A stretch of 64,000 nucleotides of DNA from Chlorokybus atmophyticus (GCA_009103225.1 RHPI01000193.1:554650-618649), one strand, 5' to 3'; shown: positions 49,822 through 64,000, counted from the stretch's first letter. Notes: generated by a model from the letters alone, not told the origin. Translations and numbers: made by a program.

Positions 49822-51195
49822 TCACACACCAGGCCGTCGGTTTATGCGGTCCCGTACTGCATTGATGAGCAGCTTCGTGCCAAAGAACGCAGCTGTTGTG
49901 GTGATGGCAAAGCCGGTGACATTGATGGTAGTAGCAAACAGAGCCTCGCGCTGCTCTTTCCTCCTCTCCAAAGCAAGCTGCTCGTGATATGGCATTGTTG
50001 GGTTCTCAAGGAAATTTGCCACCTTGCCCCAGTAGTAGTTTACCGACTCCTTTTTGGTAGCTGACGGACCACCTGAGCGGACGAGTACAGTGAGTAGTGT
50101 TAGTGACTGACTTACCAGGAGGACACGCACGAATGTGCGAACATGCAAGTGCTTACACGTGCATGTGGGTGGATGCATGTATGCGGACACGCATATACGC
50201 ATAAGAATGCGTGTGCGTGCGTGCGCGACCTAGGGTGCGTGTGTATGTGCTTGTGCGCGTGCATGCCTAACACAACTGCACATTACTTGTAACTGCGTAC
50301 CATTATGAGTCTTTGCGAGGACTTCAAAGTCTCCAGCTTTCACAGCTTCGGGGCAGTACCGCATCCAATAAGACAGCACGGTGTCCTCCGCATACGTCAA
50401 GTCCCTGCACTTGTCCCAGTCGGGCTGATGCTGCTTGCCTTTGTTCTTGTAAGCCCTTTTAGCGCGATCCCAAGCATCCTGCGTGTGCAAGGTCTATTAC
50501 AAACCATAGAAACACTAAACCTGATTCGAATCTGATTGTCGCATAATATCAAACATAGATGAGTGAGCGCATAAACGTCACACAATGCCGGTACACAGCA
50601 TGCGCATTGTATCAGAGGTGTAGCGTAACCAATATCTATCAAGTATTAGAGCAATGAATAAGCAGTTGTTACCACATTAGCAATGTACAAAATGAAGTGA
50701 TGTGTACTCAAATTCCGCAAGTGGTATATAATCCATTGCTGCATGCATACCTCATGATAGCCATGGGATATCTGAAAGGGTCCTATTGAAGTTCCTTCGT
50801 CTCCATCTGGCACTTCCTGCGACACTACCAAGTTTGCAATAATCGCGCACATAGGAGCATGGCATGCACCTTCCTGCGGTAAATGGGGCACGCGCGGCAT
50901 GCCTGTGGCTATGTAAGGGATGCCAGACAATTGCCCAGTTGTGCGTGTCCTCCATGCAAGCATGCATGTTACATCCGCAGAATATTGCTCTGAGCATACT
51001 CATATGAATCCCAGCTGATAACTGCCGCAAGCTAACAAACTGTTATGTAAGGCTTGCATCTAAAGCTGATATGCTGCCAAGGCAAAGTACCTCAGTTGGC
51101 ATGGCGCTGGACTCGACGAAGCGCAGCGCCTCCATGAGCGGCCGCAGCTTCTTTCGCTCTTTTTTGCTGAGCTGCACCATCCCGGGCCGTCCCAT
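49822..51195 (-). CDS. Lysozyme-like (i-type/destabilase-related) muramidase with C-terminal membrane anchor, 4 exons
   Basis: Exons 51195-51091, 50816-50751, 50478-50301 and ~50072-49822 give LMEALRFVESS...VPDGDEGTSIGPFQISHGYHEDAW...CRDLTYAEDTVLSYWMRY...LAKTHN|GGP...YWGKV, followed by hydrophobic VTGFAITTTAAFFGTKLLINAV and a basic tail. Confidence 0.8.
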
Positions 51196-52850
51196 GCACG
51201 CACACAGTCTCCTTGTGTCTCCTCAGTACAACCAACAGCCTAAGCACCAAGCTGCTGCTGCTGCTGCTCAGCCTGCAACCCTTAAGCCCATGTCGACCAG
51301 GCTATAGTAGCAAGGCTGGAACCACCGACCACAGGAACCTACGCTGCTCCTGCTGTTGCTCCTGCGCCGCCTCAATCTGAGCCTGCGCCTGCGCCGCCGC
51401 CGCCAAACCCTAATGCAAGGTAGTGCGAGCTCGCAATGAGCACAAATTTGGCCAAAAGCTGTGAAGAGTTCCTGATAGCGCGCGTGCGAGCCGCCGCGTC
51501 AGCAAATTGCATTCCTTTTGAGCAAAAGACATCGCGGAAAGTCGCTCCGAATGAATGACAGTCGCAGACATGTGATTCGGAATCTCGGAAAGTGTGGAAG
51601 CCGTTCGCCAGATTGCTGTTGAATGCGAGCCACCAGTTCAAACTGTGTGATTGAGTGAATCACAAGAACGAACCAACCGGCGCGAAACGCTGGCATGCAC
51701 AGCGCGCATCGCGCTCGAACTCCGCGGGCGGGCATTCCTCGTGACTGGACCCCCTTGCGAAATTGAATCTAACTGATTGAGGAACTCAACCAGTTGTAAC
51801 TTCGGCACCGAAAAAACGTCTACTATTCCAGAGGGCCTATGTAAGAAACCATAAATGTACATGTTGCCGGAAACACGCCTTTTTGTCACACACATAGTAC
51901 ACAACAGATGGATTGGGGCCAATCAGTCAAGCAAGCAAGCACAACACAGCAAAGCTTAATAATACAGCACAAGTAAGGCAAAAACAACGGGGTGGGGGGC
52001 CCCACAAAGATGTAGCTAAGTGCACTAGCTATGGACCGGGGGAGGAATGTGGGCAGAGGGAAGGGGGAAGGGGCAGTAGTCAGTACGAAAGGAAGCACTT
52101 GCAGAGCACCGTGGGGGAGAAGAAGGGAGAAGTTGGCCATCCATCGCTGCCGCCACTCGTGACGTTACAGCTGTGCGACTGCTGATGCCCCCGAGGGTTT
52201 GAACGGCTGCCTGCGCTCTTATCCCCTGCGCGTCAATCACTCATAACATGCAGAGATTAGGGTTATTGGTTATAACGCGTCTTGCGAACTCAGCAGGGAT
52301 GCACACGGTATGGCATTTCCGCAGTGCATATGGAATTGATGTGAGTTGTGCAATAACTCGATATTTGTGCGGTGAATGAATAAATTTGTTCCTTACACTC
52401 ACAACAACCCATCGCTTACTCCTACTTACCTACATGCGCACTTTGCCCGGCTGCTTTTCCTATGTTGGGTATAGCAGTGCCAACACATGTGGTATATTCA
52501 CTGGCAAGCAAGAGCACACCCAACAGCACACTCGGCGAACACGAGCACAAGCATTTATTACAACTCAACTACCTATCCAACTATATGCATAGGGTGTCGT
52601 TGTATACCATGCAAACTGTGCACAAACATACAACATGCATGTAAACATACAACACTAACTGCGCTGGCATTGAAACTCATCTTTGTATTAAATAGTTAAA
52701 CAGCACGGCCTAACAACAGCAAAGACCTGCAATTGGTCCACTAACAATGGTGGCGGGGGTGCCTCACAACCCACTCCCCACCAATAACGCAATGGAATAG
52801 AGTACAATGACATGAATCATCTAATTGCTACAGATAGTCAGTATTACACA

Positions 52851-55499
52851 CTACTCGCGCAATTCCACAAATGCCGTCGCCATGTGTAAAACCTCCTGAG
52901 CGTGGTTGGTTTTGGCTACCCACTCTTGCGGAATGGTGTCTGCAGATGCACCAAGGCACGCGCCAGTGAACCCTGCGCGCGAGGCATTGCACCCTCCTGC
53001 ATACACAACATGTCAACTCAGAATGTGTGCGTGCATGCGCGCGCTTGTTGGGATGTGCGGGATGACAGTGTGTGCACGTAAGTGCTGGTGTGAGGGCGTG
53101 TGCGTCTGTGCGCGAGCTTACCTTGCAATATAATGTCCCTGATAACAGCAATGAAGTCTGCATCCGTCACTTGCGATAGCCGCGACAACAGAAACACGGG
53201 GCCCTGGGGACAGATCAAAGCATCTCATCATCACATGCCAATGTGTACAGACTGCCATACACTCAGCTGTGAACACATCTATTTGCAAAACAGGGATGCG
53301 TACAGGCAATGTACAGATTAGTAGCAGGCAAACCAAGAAGTTTGAATGACACACGCTGATTGTGTTCATGTGCTTCAACTTGCTCACCTGCAATGCGCCT
53401 GGAAGATGGCAGTTGCGCCCAAAGCTTGCTGCAGCAGCCGCATATGTCCCACCCTCGCGTGACATCAACAGAGCCTCCTCAAGCCTAAAGTTACCCATGC
53501 ACACGTCATGCTGATGCAACCGAGTGCGCAATGAGGCAGCCATCAATGCACACATACTTGTTTGCTATGTCTTCATCGAGTGCCATTGGACGCACACGTT
53601 GTGTGTCACGCAAAGCTGCAATAGTGGCCACCACCGCCTGTACACAGTTGAGTAAATGCGCAGTGAGTGCAGGCGCATGTCGGTGCGTGCGTGTGTTAAG
53701 ATGCATGTGCGTGTACACGCTCATGCGCAGGCACGCCTGCATATGTGTATGCGTGTGCATGCATGCATGCATGCATGCATGTGAAGCAGTTCTATGCATG
53801 CCAACAGCGACTTGTGCACGTCTATCATATGCAGGCAAGCATCAACCTTTGCAGGTGATGCCCCAAGCACGATGCTTTGCAGCAGCCTTGCACCCGCGCA
53901 TCCCCACGCCACAGCCTCGGATGTATTCTGCACCCAATGACAGCGAAGCATCTGAGAGTGAGTCCAAACCCACAATGCGTTGCAACGATAGCATTGAGAA
54001 TGTCAATGCGGACACCAAGTTGGCAACCAAGAGCGTGTCGAGGGAATATCATGTGCAATACCTGTGTGACGCGAACCATGTCTTCAACAGCACGCAGCAA
54101 AGCATTATTGTCGCCAGCGAAAGCGGCCACCACTGGGGGCAAGCGCGCTATGCAGTTGGCTTGAGAGTCATCCGCCCCACTCTCTGGTGGACTGGCACAA
54201 AAATTTGGTAAGATGAACACCAGTACCGAACGAACATGCATGCGTGTGCTTGTGCGTGTATGTGGGCATATCCGTTTATGCATGCAAGCCAGTGTGTTCG
54301 TGTGTGGGTTTTTTGTGCGCGCGTGCATGTGTGTATGACGCGTGCACCACTGTCTGTGTGCACGCGCGTAAGCGTGCGGAAGTGCTTATCTGTGTATGCA
54401 TGACACGTGCATGACTGTCTGTGTGCACACGCGCAAGCGTGCGGAAGTGCTTATCTGTGTTCGTGCATGCATGCAGGTATGTTTTCACTGCGCGTGCACA
54501 TGCACACAGATGCATGCACACATGGCTACAATGCAAGCCAGTGTGTTGGTGTGTGAGTTTTTGTGTGCGCGCGCATGTGTGCATGACTGTCTGTGCTCAC
54601 CAGTGCACGCGTGCAGGAATGCATATTTGTGTTTGTGCATGCATGCAAGTATGGGTTTTATGCGCTTGCACATGCACAAAGATGCATGCACACGGCTAAA
54701 AGCGTGTGAAAGCTTTAAGCTTACCGCATGCCCGCAGTATAGTTGGCCATGAAACCCTTTGTAGACACATCCATGTAGAGCGGTGACTCTCGCTTTTCAG
54801 CAAAGTGGGCATAGCTCGAGGCAGCGTAGTGCTCCACATTCAGTCCACCACACTCCGCCTGAAAAGTGATGACAGCATAACAAATGAGCTATCCATGATT
54901 CTGTCAGCTGATTGACCAACACACAAACAATGCAGACACGCAAACACACTCGCACACATGTGTGTGAACAACTATGCACACACTAAACCACAGCATGCCA
55001 TTGCAGAGCATTGGTGAGGTATGGAGTTCTCACCATTGATCGCAGCAACGCGTGCGTTTGGTCGCCGTACACACTAAATTCTCCGGAAGCATACTGGTAA
55101 AAGAAATTGGCGGATGGGTCCATAAACTCTGGAACTGCCGGGTTGCGCGCAGCCACAAGCGACTCCAACTTTTCCAGGTCATATACCTGTTGCAATGCAC
55201 ACAAGCATTTGGTATGCGGGCATGAACGCTGTTGTCATGTCAGCCACACATGGTTGCTGTTCGGTTGACTTGTAGAGTAAGTGCTTGCAAGATACATGAG
55301 TGTAATGCCAGGTGCGTCACAACAGCAAACCAAGAAGCAAGTGGTCAGCACGCAGTGTGGTAGCCGTTGAACCTCAAGACCAAGTATTATGGGTGCACGC
55401 AACGTGCTGTCTCACCCAATGGAGACCCATGCTGGCAGCGTCCCCAACGGCCCAGCCCAAAACGCAGTTGATTGCTCGCTTGCGCAGCGCCTGCTTGTC
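52851..55499 (-). CDS. ADP-ribosylglycohydrolase family, crystallin-J1/selenoprotein-J-like (Cys form); further 5' exons likely
   Basis: Exons give RAINCVLGWAVGDAASMGLHW|VYDLEKL...PEFMDPSANFFY...YGDQ, FGRNCHLPGALQ and GGCNASRAGFTGACLGA...IPQEW; stop at 52851-52853. Confidence 0.85.
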
Positions 55500-58400
55500 C
55501 TGTGCGCCACACACTCAAAAGCATCAACAACACGCAAACAACCACTAATGCACTTGTGAGCATGCTTGCGATCCCACACATGCGCCCCCATGCGCGCTTA
55601 CACACACACAAGCAGTAACCTGGTTGACAATAATTTGTCCCTCGTCCGGTTGGTGCTGAATGAGAGGGCTGTTCTTCCACAATAGTGGCAGCATCACTGG
55701 ACCACTGTTTGGCTGATGCAACACAACATAGTCAGTCACAAGCATAGAGCATGCAAGCACGCACGTGAGTGCATGTATACACGTACATGCATGTGTGCAT
55801 ACATGCGCGCGCCTGTGCACACCCACACAGTGACTGAACTGAAGGTTGTGAACTTGCATGGTATATATCTCAGCAAGAGGCAACGACCATAATGTGTATC
55901 GTGACCAACTATAGCGCATGCAATCATGTTTGTTAAGTCACGTATTTGTGTCACCTGTGATTTCGGCGGCGGCACGATGACCGTATTGCTCAGCGCATTC
56001 ATTTGCTTGTAGACCTTGGTGGCTTCTGTTAGCAGCGATACAAGATGTCATGCGATGCACGCAGCCGTGATCCCATAAACACACTACAACAACATCAACG
56101 CCTAAGTGTGTTAGTGCGTTTTGTGACAGAAGATAGAGACGAGCATGGGGACATGACTGCCCTCAGGCTTTGCTGCTTGACTAAAGCTCAAAACTTTCTT
56201 CTTCATAATAACATCGTGCAGCGACTGCAAGCTACTAGAACTCGGCCAAGTGTGCACATCTGAGTATGGCCGATAGCCGCTGAGAGCAAGAGCAGGCGAG
56301 CTGCACACTGCTGTGTGAGCGGTTCTTGCCACAAACAAGAGTTAGTTAGGCGACGTTTGCAAGGCATCCAGCGCTTTCATAGCAAGGGAACCTGTCAAGC
56401 CAACTGCATATATGGGTTTCTTGCACATGTTATATCACACTAAAGCCATGGCACGTACACGATGCGCTGTGTTAAACTGCACAGCCCTTGTTGTACTACT
56501 CGTGGTTTTCCACACTTGGCACACTTATGGCAGTCGTGCATGCCAAAATAGTCAAGCAGCTAAGCTGACAACAGGAACAAGGCATAACCAACGCTTGTTC
56601 AGCAACACTGCAAGTGAACCAGTTACGTGATCAGGTAGTAGCAGTTGTTACAGCATGAAGCCAAGGGGGCTTTGAAACTATATACTAACACGCAACGACC
56701 TTGCCAGCAGAGTTGTACAGGTATTGGTGAGGCAATCACACAACAGTTAGTTCTGCCAACTCAAATCTGTCATGAACAAGACTCTACCTTCGAAGCGGCC
56801 ATCCTTGTTAAGCTGCTGCGCCAGCGTGTGCAGCGTCGCCACCTGATCTGCCATGCTGCTGGTGGCGTCCGACACGCTCAACAACCCCCTCAGCGATGCG
56901 CTCAAAGACACACTCAGCGACAAGCCTGACAACAAGCTGAGCAACAAGATGAACCACGCTGAGCAGCAAGCTTAGCGACGGTAGGCTCTAAGTCACAGGC
57001 TTGAGAGAGACCAGCTCAGCTACCAGCTAACCAGTACGGTGACCAGACCCTGACAGTAAGCTCGTCGACAATCTTAACGACCACCACAACGACACGCTTA
57101 GCCACTAGCTGAACAACACTCCAAGCGAGCCAGCTCAGCGCCAAACTCAGCGCCTAGCTGGCACATGCTTCAGCGTGAAACTGATATCAGCATAAAAGCA
57201 TACAATCATGAGCGCAGATATACGCTGCGTATCATCGACGACGAGGTAACCTGTACGAATCACAATGATTTATGAAGGTACAGATTGCAGGTTTATGTAT
57301 GGCCTGGATTTGGTTGACAGTTGCTTATACGCAAGTTACGTTGGGTAGACGTATAAGCATACCGGCACAGGCGAAAAGGCGGCGGTGGCGGCGGTATAGG
57401 CGGCAGCGGTGGCAACGGGGAGGAGGATTTGCAGGTTTAGGTGACAGGTAGTAGTTGCTGTCTCAATTTTGGAGATGGAGCGCTTGTAAGGAGGCGGCTC
57501 TTGCTTTAATAGACAACTTTTGCTTGAGGCAGTTTGCCCGGCTGCCTGCCTTACGGTTAAACGCATGTGAGAGGGTGTTGGTGTAGCTCAGCACTGGACC
57601 CAGCCGGAGTCGCAGCGAGAGTGCATTACGCTTTCGCTGTTGGAGGCTCAAACAAACAGCAGGCCACGCTTGGAAGATAGGTGGGTTCAGAGTAAGGGTA
57701 CACAAGGTTGCATTTGATGAAAGTTTTAGAAGTTTCGAATCGAAGCACACTCTGATAACTTGGAAAGCAGTTAGCAGTTGTTGTGGCGTTGCATTGTCAA
57801 GTTGGCTCGTCAGTCTGGTGTGTCGCCTTTCCTGTACCCAAAAAAGCAAAACTATCAAAAGCATCAGTACAGGTACATACCATGTTCTGACATACTGCTC
57901 TTCATACTGCCTGTCAGTGCCTCTTGAGCGATGTGTTTGTGTATAGCACTCTTCTTAGAGGAATACATGTTCTTGCTTGTTGAGGCCACTGTACTCTGAG
58001 TTGTGCAATAAGAACACTCTACTAACGGATAGACAGTCAGTAAGTAAAGGTCTATGCATGCGTGCTTGCGGCGCTTTGCACATGCATGTACAACTCGGAT
58101 GACAAATGCATTTTCTATAGTGCTGTACGTTATTACCAGAACAGGTGTACACAAGTTGCAAGTGGATTCGAGAGTTTTCATGGCTTGAAAAGCTACGCTG
58201 TACATGCGTGATGCAGTGTTTGACGCTTCCCTGCAAGCTAGCAATAGCATATGTCCTGTTTTGTTTTGCCGCTGTCATATACCAAGCGAGCAATTGCCAG
58301 TGAAACAACCGTGCTGTTGCTTTGCATCCTGCAGTTTGTCAGTGGAGCGCAGGGTCACGCTTGCAACATATGTGCAGCAATGTCACAAATACATACACTC

Positions 58401-58518
58401 ATGCCTGTGTCTATCAGCGCTCATGGTTGTATATAATGCTTGTGTTGTTGGTGTGGCGCAATCATGTTATGCTGTCTGTGACAGGTGACTGCTCGTAAGA
58501 CTATCCGCCAGCGTCAAT

Positions 58519-59207
58519 ATGGGCAAGCGCAAGAGTTCAAAGGCGCCACCCAAAAAGGCTATGCAGAAAGTGCCGACTACATTCAACTGCCCCTTTTGCA
58601 ACCACGAAGGCTCGGTAGAGTGTCGCTTGTAAGCATATGTGGCTACGTTTTTCCCGTGTCATAGTCCTTGTTTTGGCTTTGTGGCACAAAGTGCATGCAT
58701 GTGGCACTAAATCTGTGCGAATTTGTTACAAAGTTGTTACGTCGTGTAACTGCATTTCTTAGTAAGTGTCACATAGTTTGTTTCGCAGCTGATTTGCAAC
58801 TGGTGTGTTGCAGAGATAGAGAAAAAGAGTTTGGGGAACTTCACTGCAGGATCTGCAACGAGAAGTACCGCACGCTCATCACGCGTATCCAAATCACATG
58901 CAGGGTGTTGAGTTTTGCCAGCGGGTTGGCTCATCTGTTGTAGTTTGACAGCAGTTTGCATCATGTGTCTGTAGTGCACACATTTCTCACTGTACTCGCG
59001 CTCTTCCTTGACTCTTTGCGCTGTTGCGCTCTGAATGACGGCAGCACTCAGCGATCCCATTGATGTGTAAGTGGCTCGCTGTACTTACATATAACAGCGT
59101 GTATGTGTGCACGTGCGTGTGGCTGCCCTCTCACCCAGCCACTATTGCTTTTCAGGTACAGCGAATGGATCGATGATTGTGAAAAGGTCAATGCTGACGT
59201 GCGGTAG
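58519..59207 (+). CDS. ELF1: Transcription elongation factor 1 homolog (zinc ribbon), 4 exons
   Basis: [13 protein letters not shown]...[13 protein letters not shown]|...CRIC...|LSDPIDV|[12 protein letters not shown]. Exons 58519-58628, 58814-58884, 59045-59066 and 59156-59207. Confidence 0.96.
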
Positions 59208-61827
59208 TTGGACTTCTAGCACATAGCAAGTACGCAACTTGGAATTTCGCATTGTTCGCTTGGTGAGAATGTCTGTCTGATCAATTGCTGACATGTTATC
59301 TATGCACACACGCAGCTTGTGTCGGCCACACTGTCTGCAATCGCTCAGGATATGTTGTGAGGAAGAGATGCGAACATGTGGCTTGCGGACCACTCTACGT
59401 GTGGCTGTGAGACCGCTGCACATGTGCAACAACAAGCATGTTGAGCATTGAGAGTGTTGGTTTTCAACAGGCATATTTCGACCATCTTAAGAGGACGGGT
59501 AAATCCCTCCTTGCAGGAGTCATAAGTGGGTATGAACTCCCATAACGTGGCCTTCACTGGCGCTTCCCCTCTCTGTTGGTTTGCTAGTACATGGCAACAG
59601 GACAGTTGTATATTATTGCTTCACTAGTAGCCCAGCAAGGGAGGAGAGGCTCCCAAAGGCAACTGCTGACGCAAACATTTTTGTTGACAAGCGCTTGAGC
59701 CGAGCTGCATTATATGTAGCTGCCAGTTGAAGTTTGATTGAAAGGCTCAAGCAGGTTTGTACACTCCTGCAACTTGCGCAATGTGTGCATGCACGTTTGC
59801 AGGTATGCGCATGCAACCTCGATGCTGTGGCACAGACACATTCTCACATGCGCGCGCACGCATGCACACACCATCTATTATCTCATCATGCTCCTTGTGG
59901 GCACAGTAACCTTATCCCAAACATCGCTGTTGGCCCGACAGTGGAGACACTCTGCACCACAGACACAAGGCCGCGCCGTCCGCCCACCTGCGTCAAGAGA
60001 CGAGTGTGGGGTTGAGTCAGCAGAAGTACAGCGTTGACATCAATCAACATGCATCCGCTTATGCATCCACCTTCACGCTCATACTCGTGTGCACAGAAAA
60101 TGCAAGTGATCATGCGCGTGTGCACACGCATGCACGCACCCACGCTAGCAACAAACATATGAACATTAAAGCAACAAGGGTTGAGCACTTGTAAAGGCTT
60201 GCCAGTAGTTGAAGCTGTGCCGCTATCTTTGTCTGTTTACTAACAGTTAACTAACAGTCAAGTACAACGCAACATCAGCGACAACAAGGACCACCACAAC
60301 AACGGGCGGTTCGCGAAGCAGTGCAAGAAGTGACTGCTTGCAACGGATATCAGCGTGTCGACAACATCGAGAGTGGCGTCGATATTGAGCCCGGAGCTTA
60401 TGAACTCTGTTGCGCGCGCTTTTGAATGGGCGTGGCTGGCGCTTGGCGCCTTTTTATGACCTCGTTTTTACCCGCCATAACGACCTGACCGGTGGGGTGC
60501 AATGTGCAACCGGCGTAACGGTGGAAGTTTGAGGTATACATCTCCCTGTGACCGGTGGTAGACCAAAAGAGGGGCAGATTGACTGGTTGAGGGTGGGGGC
60601 TACTCCCGCGCATGAATAGGCCTCAAATGGCGCCATAAATTCTGGGGCCTTAATGCGAGTGATAAGGGGCGATAACAAGCCGGTTAATTCTGACTGCTGA
60701 AGTTTTGCTATCCGCATCAACATAGCGGCATTCCCGGCTGCAATTGAACAGACATCTGGCAAACTGACTGTTATCGGTTGAAACGTAACGGCGAAGTCAG
60801 GTTTGCATTACATGAAGGCATACATGAAGTGACGTGCTTGTGCAGACCAAAGCTTCCACAAAATAAGGGTTTTGCTCTTATGCAATGTGCCGCGTTTCAT
60901 GAAACACCGCCTTGAAACCCTCCAATTAGGACAGCAGTAAGCACAGGCTTGTTGCGTTTGGTTCTATCATGCATGTTAACACGGGCGCTTTTCGTTGGGG
61001 CAGCGGCGGCGGCGGCATTGGCGGCGATAACGTTGGTGTGACAGGCGACGAGTGTCCTTAGAGTCGAGGCTAACGAACAGTCGTCCTACTCTGTTCATGC
61101 TATCCGCCGGATCGCCTAGCGCGAAGCATACTTTCTGTCACAGCCTGAAGGTGGGCATGATGACCACCTTGACACGCTGGTGACGCTTGCAATACACTCT
61201 TGCCAACTAGAACGCTGGGATCTGTGCCTGGCAAGCTGTCAAATAGGCATGGGGTGCTTGTCTGTGCCCGTACTTGCGTGGCCTGCTTGCTGCTATGATA
61301 TGCGCCATGAATGGCTACTCCACTGCTTTGGATAATCTGCCAAGTTGCCTACTTGCAGCTACTGTTGAGATCAAGCTTGACAGACCAAGCAATCCGTTGG
61401 CATTGCGTGTTGTGTTGTTTGTTGTGGTGACCTGAGATCAGCTACTGTCCGTGCAAGCTGTCCTATGTGGCCTGCTTGTTGCTATCATGGCTCCATGGAT
61501 GGCTACACTACTGGTGGAATGGTCTGCTAGTTGCCTGATTACAACAACTGTTGAGGTTAAGGTTGACAAACAAAGCACCTCGGCATTGCATGTTGTATTT
61601 GTCTGCTCTCTTTGCTGGTTACAGCTACTGTCGAGGTTAAGCTTGTCAAGCCAAGCATTCTGCTGCTGGCATTGTGTTACTTTGCGAGGAGGGCATGTTT
61701 AGCTTACTACACGGCTGTTTCACCGCAATTTGTTTGTAATTGTCCGGAAATGCGATGTGCTTTGCGTTGCTAGGGCTGACTGTTGTCAGTTGTTTCTGAT
61801 GGCTTCAGGTTCAGACGAGCCACCATT

Positions 61828-64000
61828 ATGGATGACATGGAGCATGTCTTTAGCTACGACAGCGCTGGCCTGGACGCCTTTGATGGCAGCCCTTTGCTGC
61901 TGGATTCTGGGCTAGAAGGCGACCGCCGTGCCGGTAGCGGACCCAAGTCAAGGCGCAGAGGCAGCTACAACTGCAGCAAGTGCGGGCAGCCGAAGAAAGG
62001 ACACACTTGCCCGCTGAAAGATGTGCCGATTGCCACGGTGGCAGTGACAGCTGTTCCTTGTGCTACTCCAGTGTCTGCAAAGAGGGTTGCTGCTGCTGCT
62101 TCTGATTGTAATGCACCAGCAAGGGCCATGCCCAATGCAACCCGCGAGTGGCTGCTGTCTCGACCCGGAGCTGTTGTCCGCCCATGCATGACCGTTGAAG
62201 ACATAGCTTCGGACCTTGTCGACTTTGACATGCAATGCTTTCCTGGCGAGACGCCCGAGCCAGTGCAGACCCGAGGAAGGTCAGTGTGTGCAAACCGCTT
62301 GTTGGTTGCCAGCATGCTTGTGCACGTTGTGGGCTGATTGGCAAATTACTTGACACACAGGCTGTCCATCTCTGAGCGAGTAGCTCGGAATGGCGTGCAT
62401 GCCTTGTCCGAAGACTGTTTACTCACAGTGCTATCATCGCTTTCACCTGAAGATCTTGTAGCTGCAGGTGATTATTTGTGCATGAGCCTTTCGTGCATGT
62501 ACCTTCAGCTGTTGCAACCCTAAGCTTTGTGTATTCTTGCAGGGTCTGTGTGCAAACGTTGGCAGGACTGCACAAGCAGGGTGTGGCAAGCTGTTACAGA
62601 GGCGAAGCTTGTTGTTCCTGCTGAGGAGCTGGAGGGGCGCAGTCACGTGCGACGGTCGTCTTCATCTCTGCAACACATGCAGTTGTTCGTGCACAGATGT
62701 CCCAACTTGACCAACCTTACCCTTCTCCTTGACAGGTATATTGCTGTCCTGTACGTGTCCTGATGCCATTGGTGTGAGCTTAACCTGCTATGACTGCTAA
62801 GCGAGGATATCCCTTTGTGTGTGGCCGTTTGCCGAGCAAGGTGTACTCTGCCTAACAATATGCATGTGTTGCAGGCATTGCGCAGTCAACGACGTGTTCC
62901 TGGCACAGCTGGCCTCTCTCAGACCAGGCCTACTGTCCTTTGATGTGCAGACGCGCATTGGAGCCGGCAACACAATCACAGGGTAAGTTCTAGCACAGAG
63001 TCATGCGCAGGTGCTGACGAATCACCTAGTTCATCGACAACGGACTCCTCACAGGATGGGACTTCAAGCCCTTGTCGACGGCTGCAAGAAGCTTCACACA
63101 CTGCAGGTCGATGGTTGCTCTGGAGTCAGCTCTGTACAGCTTTCATCCGATAGCTTGAAGACTCTGTGGCTTGGCAACTGCAGTGGCTTGGCACAGCTGG
63201 TGCGTAGGCTTGTAGAGGACAAACACTGTTGACATTGCAGGTTGATTTGATTGCATCACAGAGGCTGTATACAGAGTGGTTGGTAACTTACTTGACAAGG
63301 TGTTGCAGACGCTGCGATGCGAAAACCTTAAAGAGCTGGCCTTGGATTTCACGCCCCACCTTGACGACAGCAAGCCAGGTAGTTTTTCGTTGCTACCAGT
63401 TGCAAGTTCGTACACAGTCTCAACCGACACCTCTGCGTTGCAGTGTCGTCGCCAGGCTACACCATCCGAGTTCGTGCCCAGCTTGAGCACATCATGGGTC
63501 AGATTGCCGATAGCTGCCCGAGCCTGGTACGGCTTCAGGTCACTGCTCCCTTGCTTCATGATGGCGCTATTGAGGCGCTGCTCGATTGTGACATGAGGTA
63601 GGACATACTACAATCATGATCGATACATACACTGATTGTTTGGGTACTGTAATACCATAACCTCTTTGCCTGCAGCCACTTGCGAATGCTCTCCTTTGCA
63701 AACTGCCCTGCGTTGACTGATGAAGCTATCAAAGCGGTTGCCCACATCGTCGACAACCTCGAGTTGTTGGATGTCAGCGGGTAATGACATGTCTATGTTG
63801 TTTATGTATGTGTTGGTGTTTATGTTTGTTACATGCATGCAGCAAAACCCTAATGAAACGTTTATTGCAGGTGCAACAACTTATCTGATGATGCCTTGGA
63901 GCAAGTGCGGCAGGCGTATCATGGCACGTTGACGCACCTATATGTGGCACTGTGCCCTGAGATCACCATGGGTACGTGCGCGCGTGTGTGCATGCATGTC
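61828..64000 (+). CDS. FBL17: F-box/LRR protein of the plant FBL17 type (3' end beyond the window)
   Basis: N-terminal RRRGSYNCSKCGQPKKGHTC knuckle, F-box ALSEDCLLTVLSSLSPEDLVAA..VCKRW, then spliced cysteine-containing LRRs (RCPNLTNLTL, GCKKLHTLQVDGC). Confidence 0.8.

Overview
Eukaryotic, intron-rich (GT-AG) genomic DNA, most consistent with a streptophyte (charophyte-grade) green alga; this is inferred from an FBL17-type F-box gene, a plant-type tRNA-Val and plant-like RNR2 and Tudor sequences. Host genes recognised: RNR small subunit (8 exons, with E2F sites upstream), a lipid-droplet-associated hydrolase, tRNA-Val(AAC), a tail-anchored i-type/destabilase-like lysozyme, a SelJ/crystallin-J1-like ADP-ribosylglycohydrolase, ELF1 and an FBL17-like gene (truncated at the window edge). 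The left 38 kb holds two unrelated mobile elements that each carry a cytosine-C5 DNA methyltransferase plus a chromatin-reader domain. (1) A decayed Ty3/Gypsy retrotransposon (~1-10.35 kb) has a C5-MTase between protease and RT and a PHD finger after the integrase. (2) A multi-gene region (~23.6-38 kb) is built around a Plavaka-type (CMC/EnSpm-related) transposase and also encodes an apparently intact, spliced Zn-finger-Tudor-phage-type C5-MTase and a decayed OTU+RING protein. Clusters of GTACCAT/ATGGTAC palindromes lie upstream of these genes. All domain calls come from motif recognition by eye, with no database searches. Element boundaries are uncertain, and several single-N sites are assembly artefacts that create false frameshifts.
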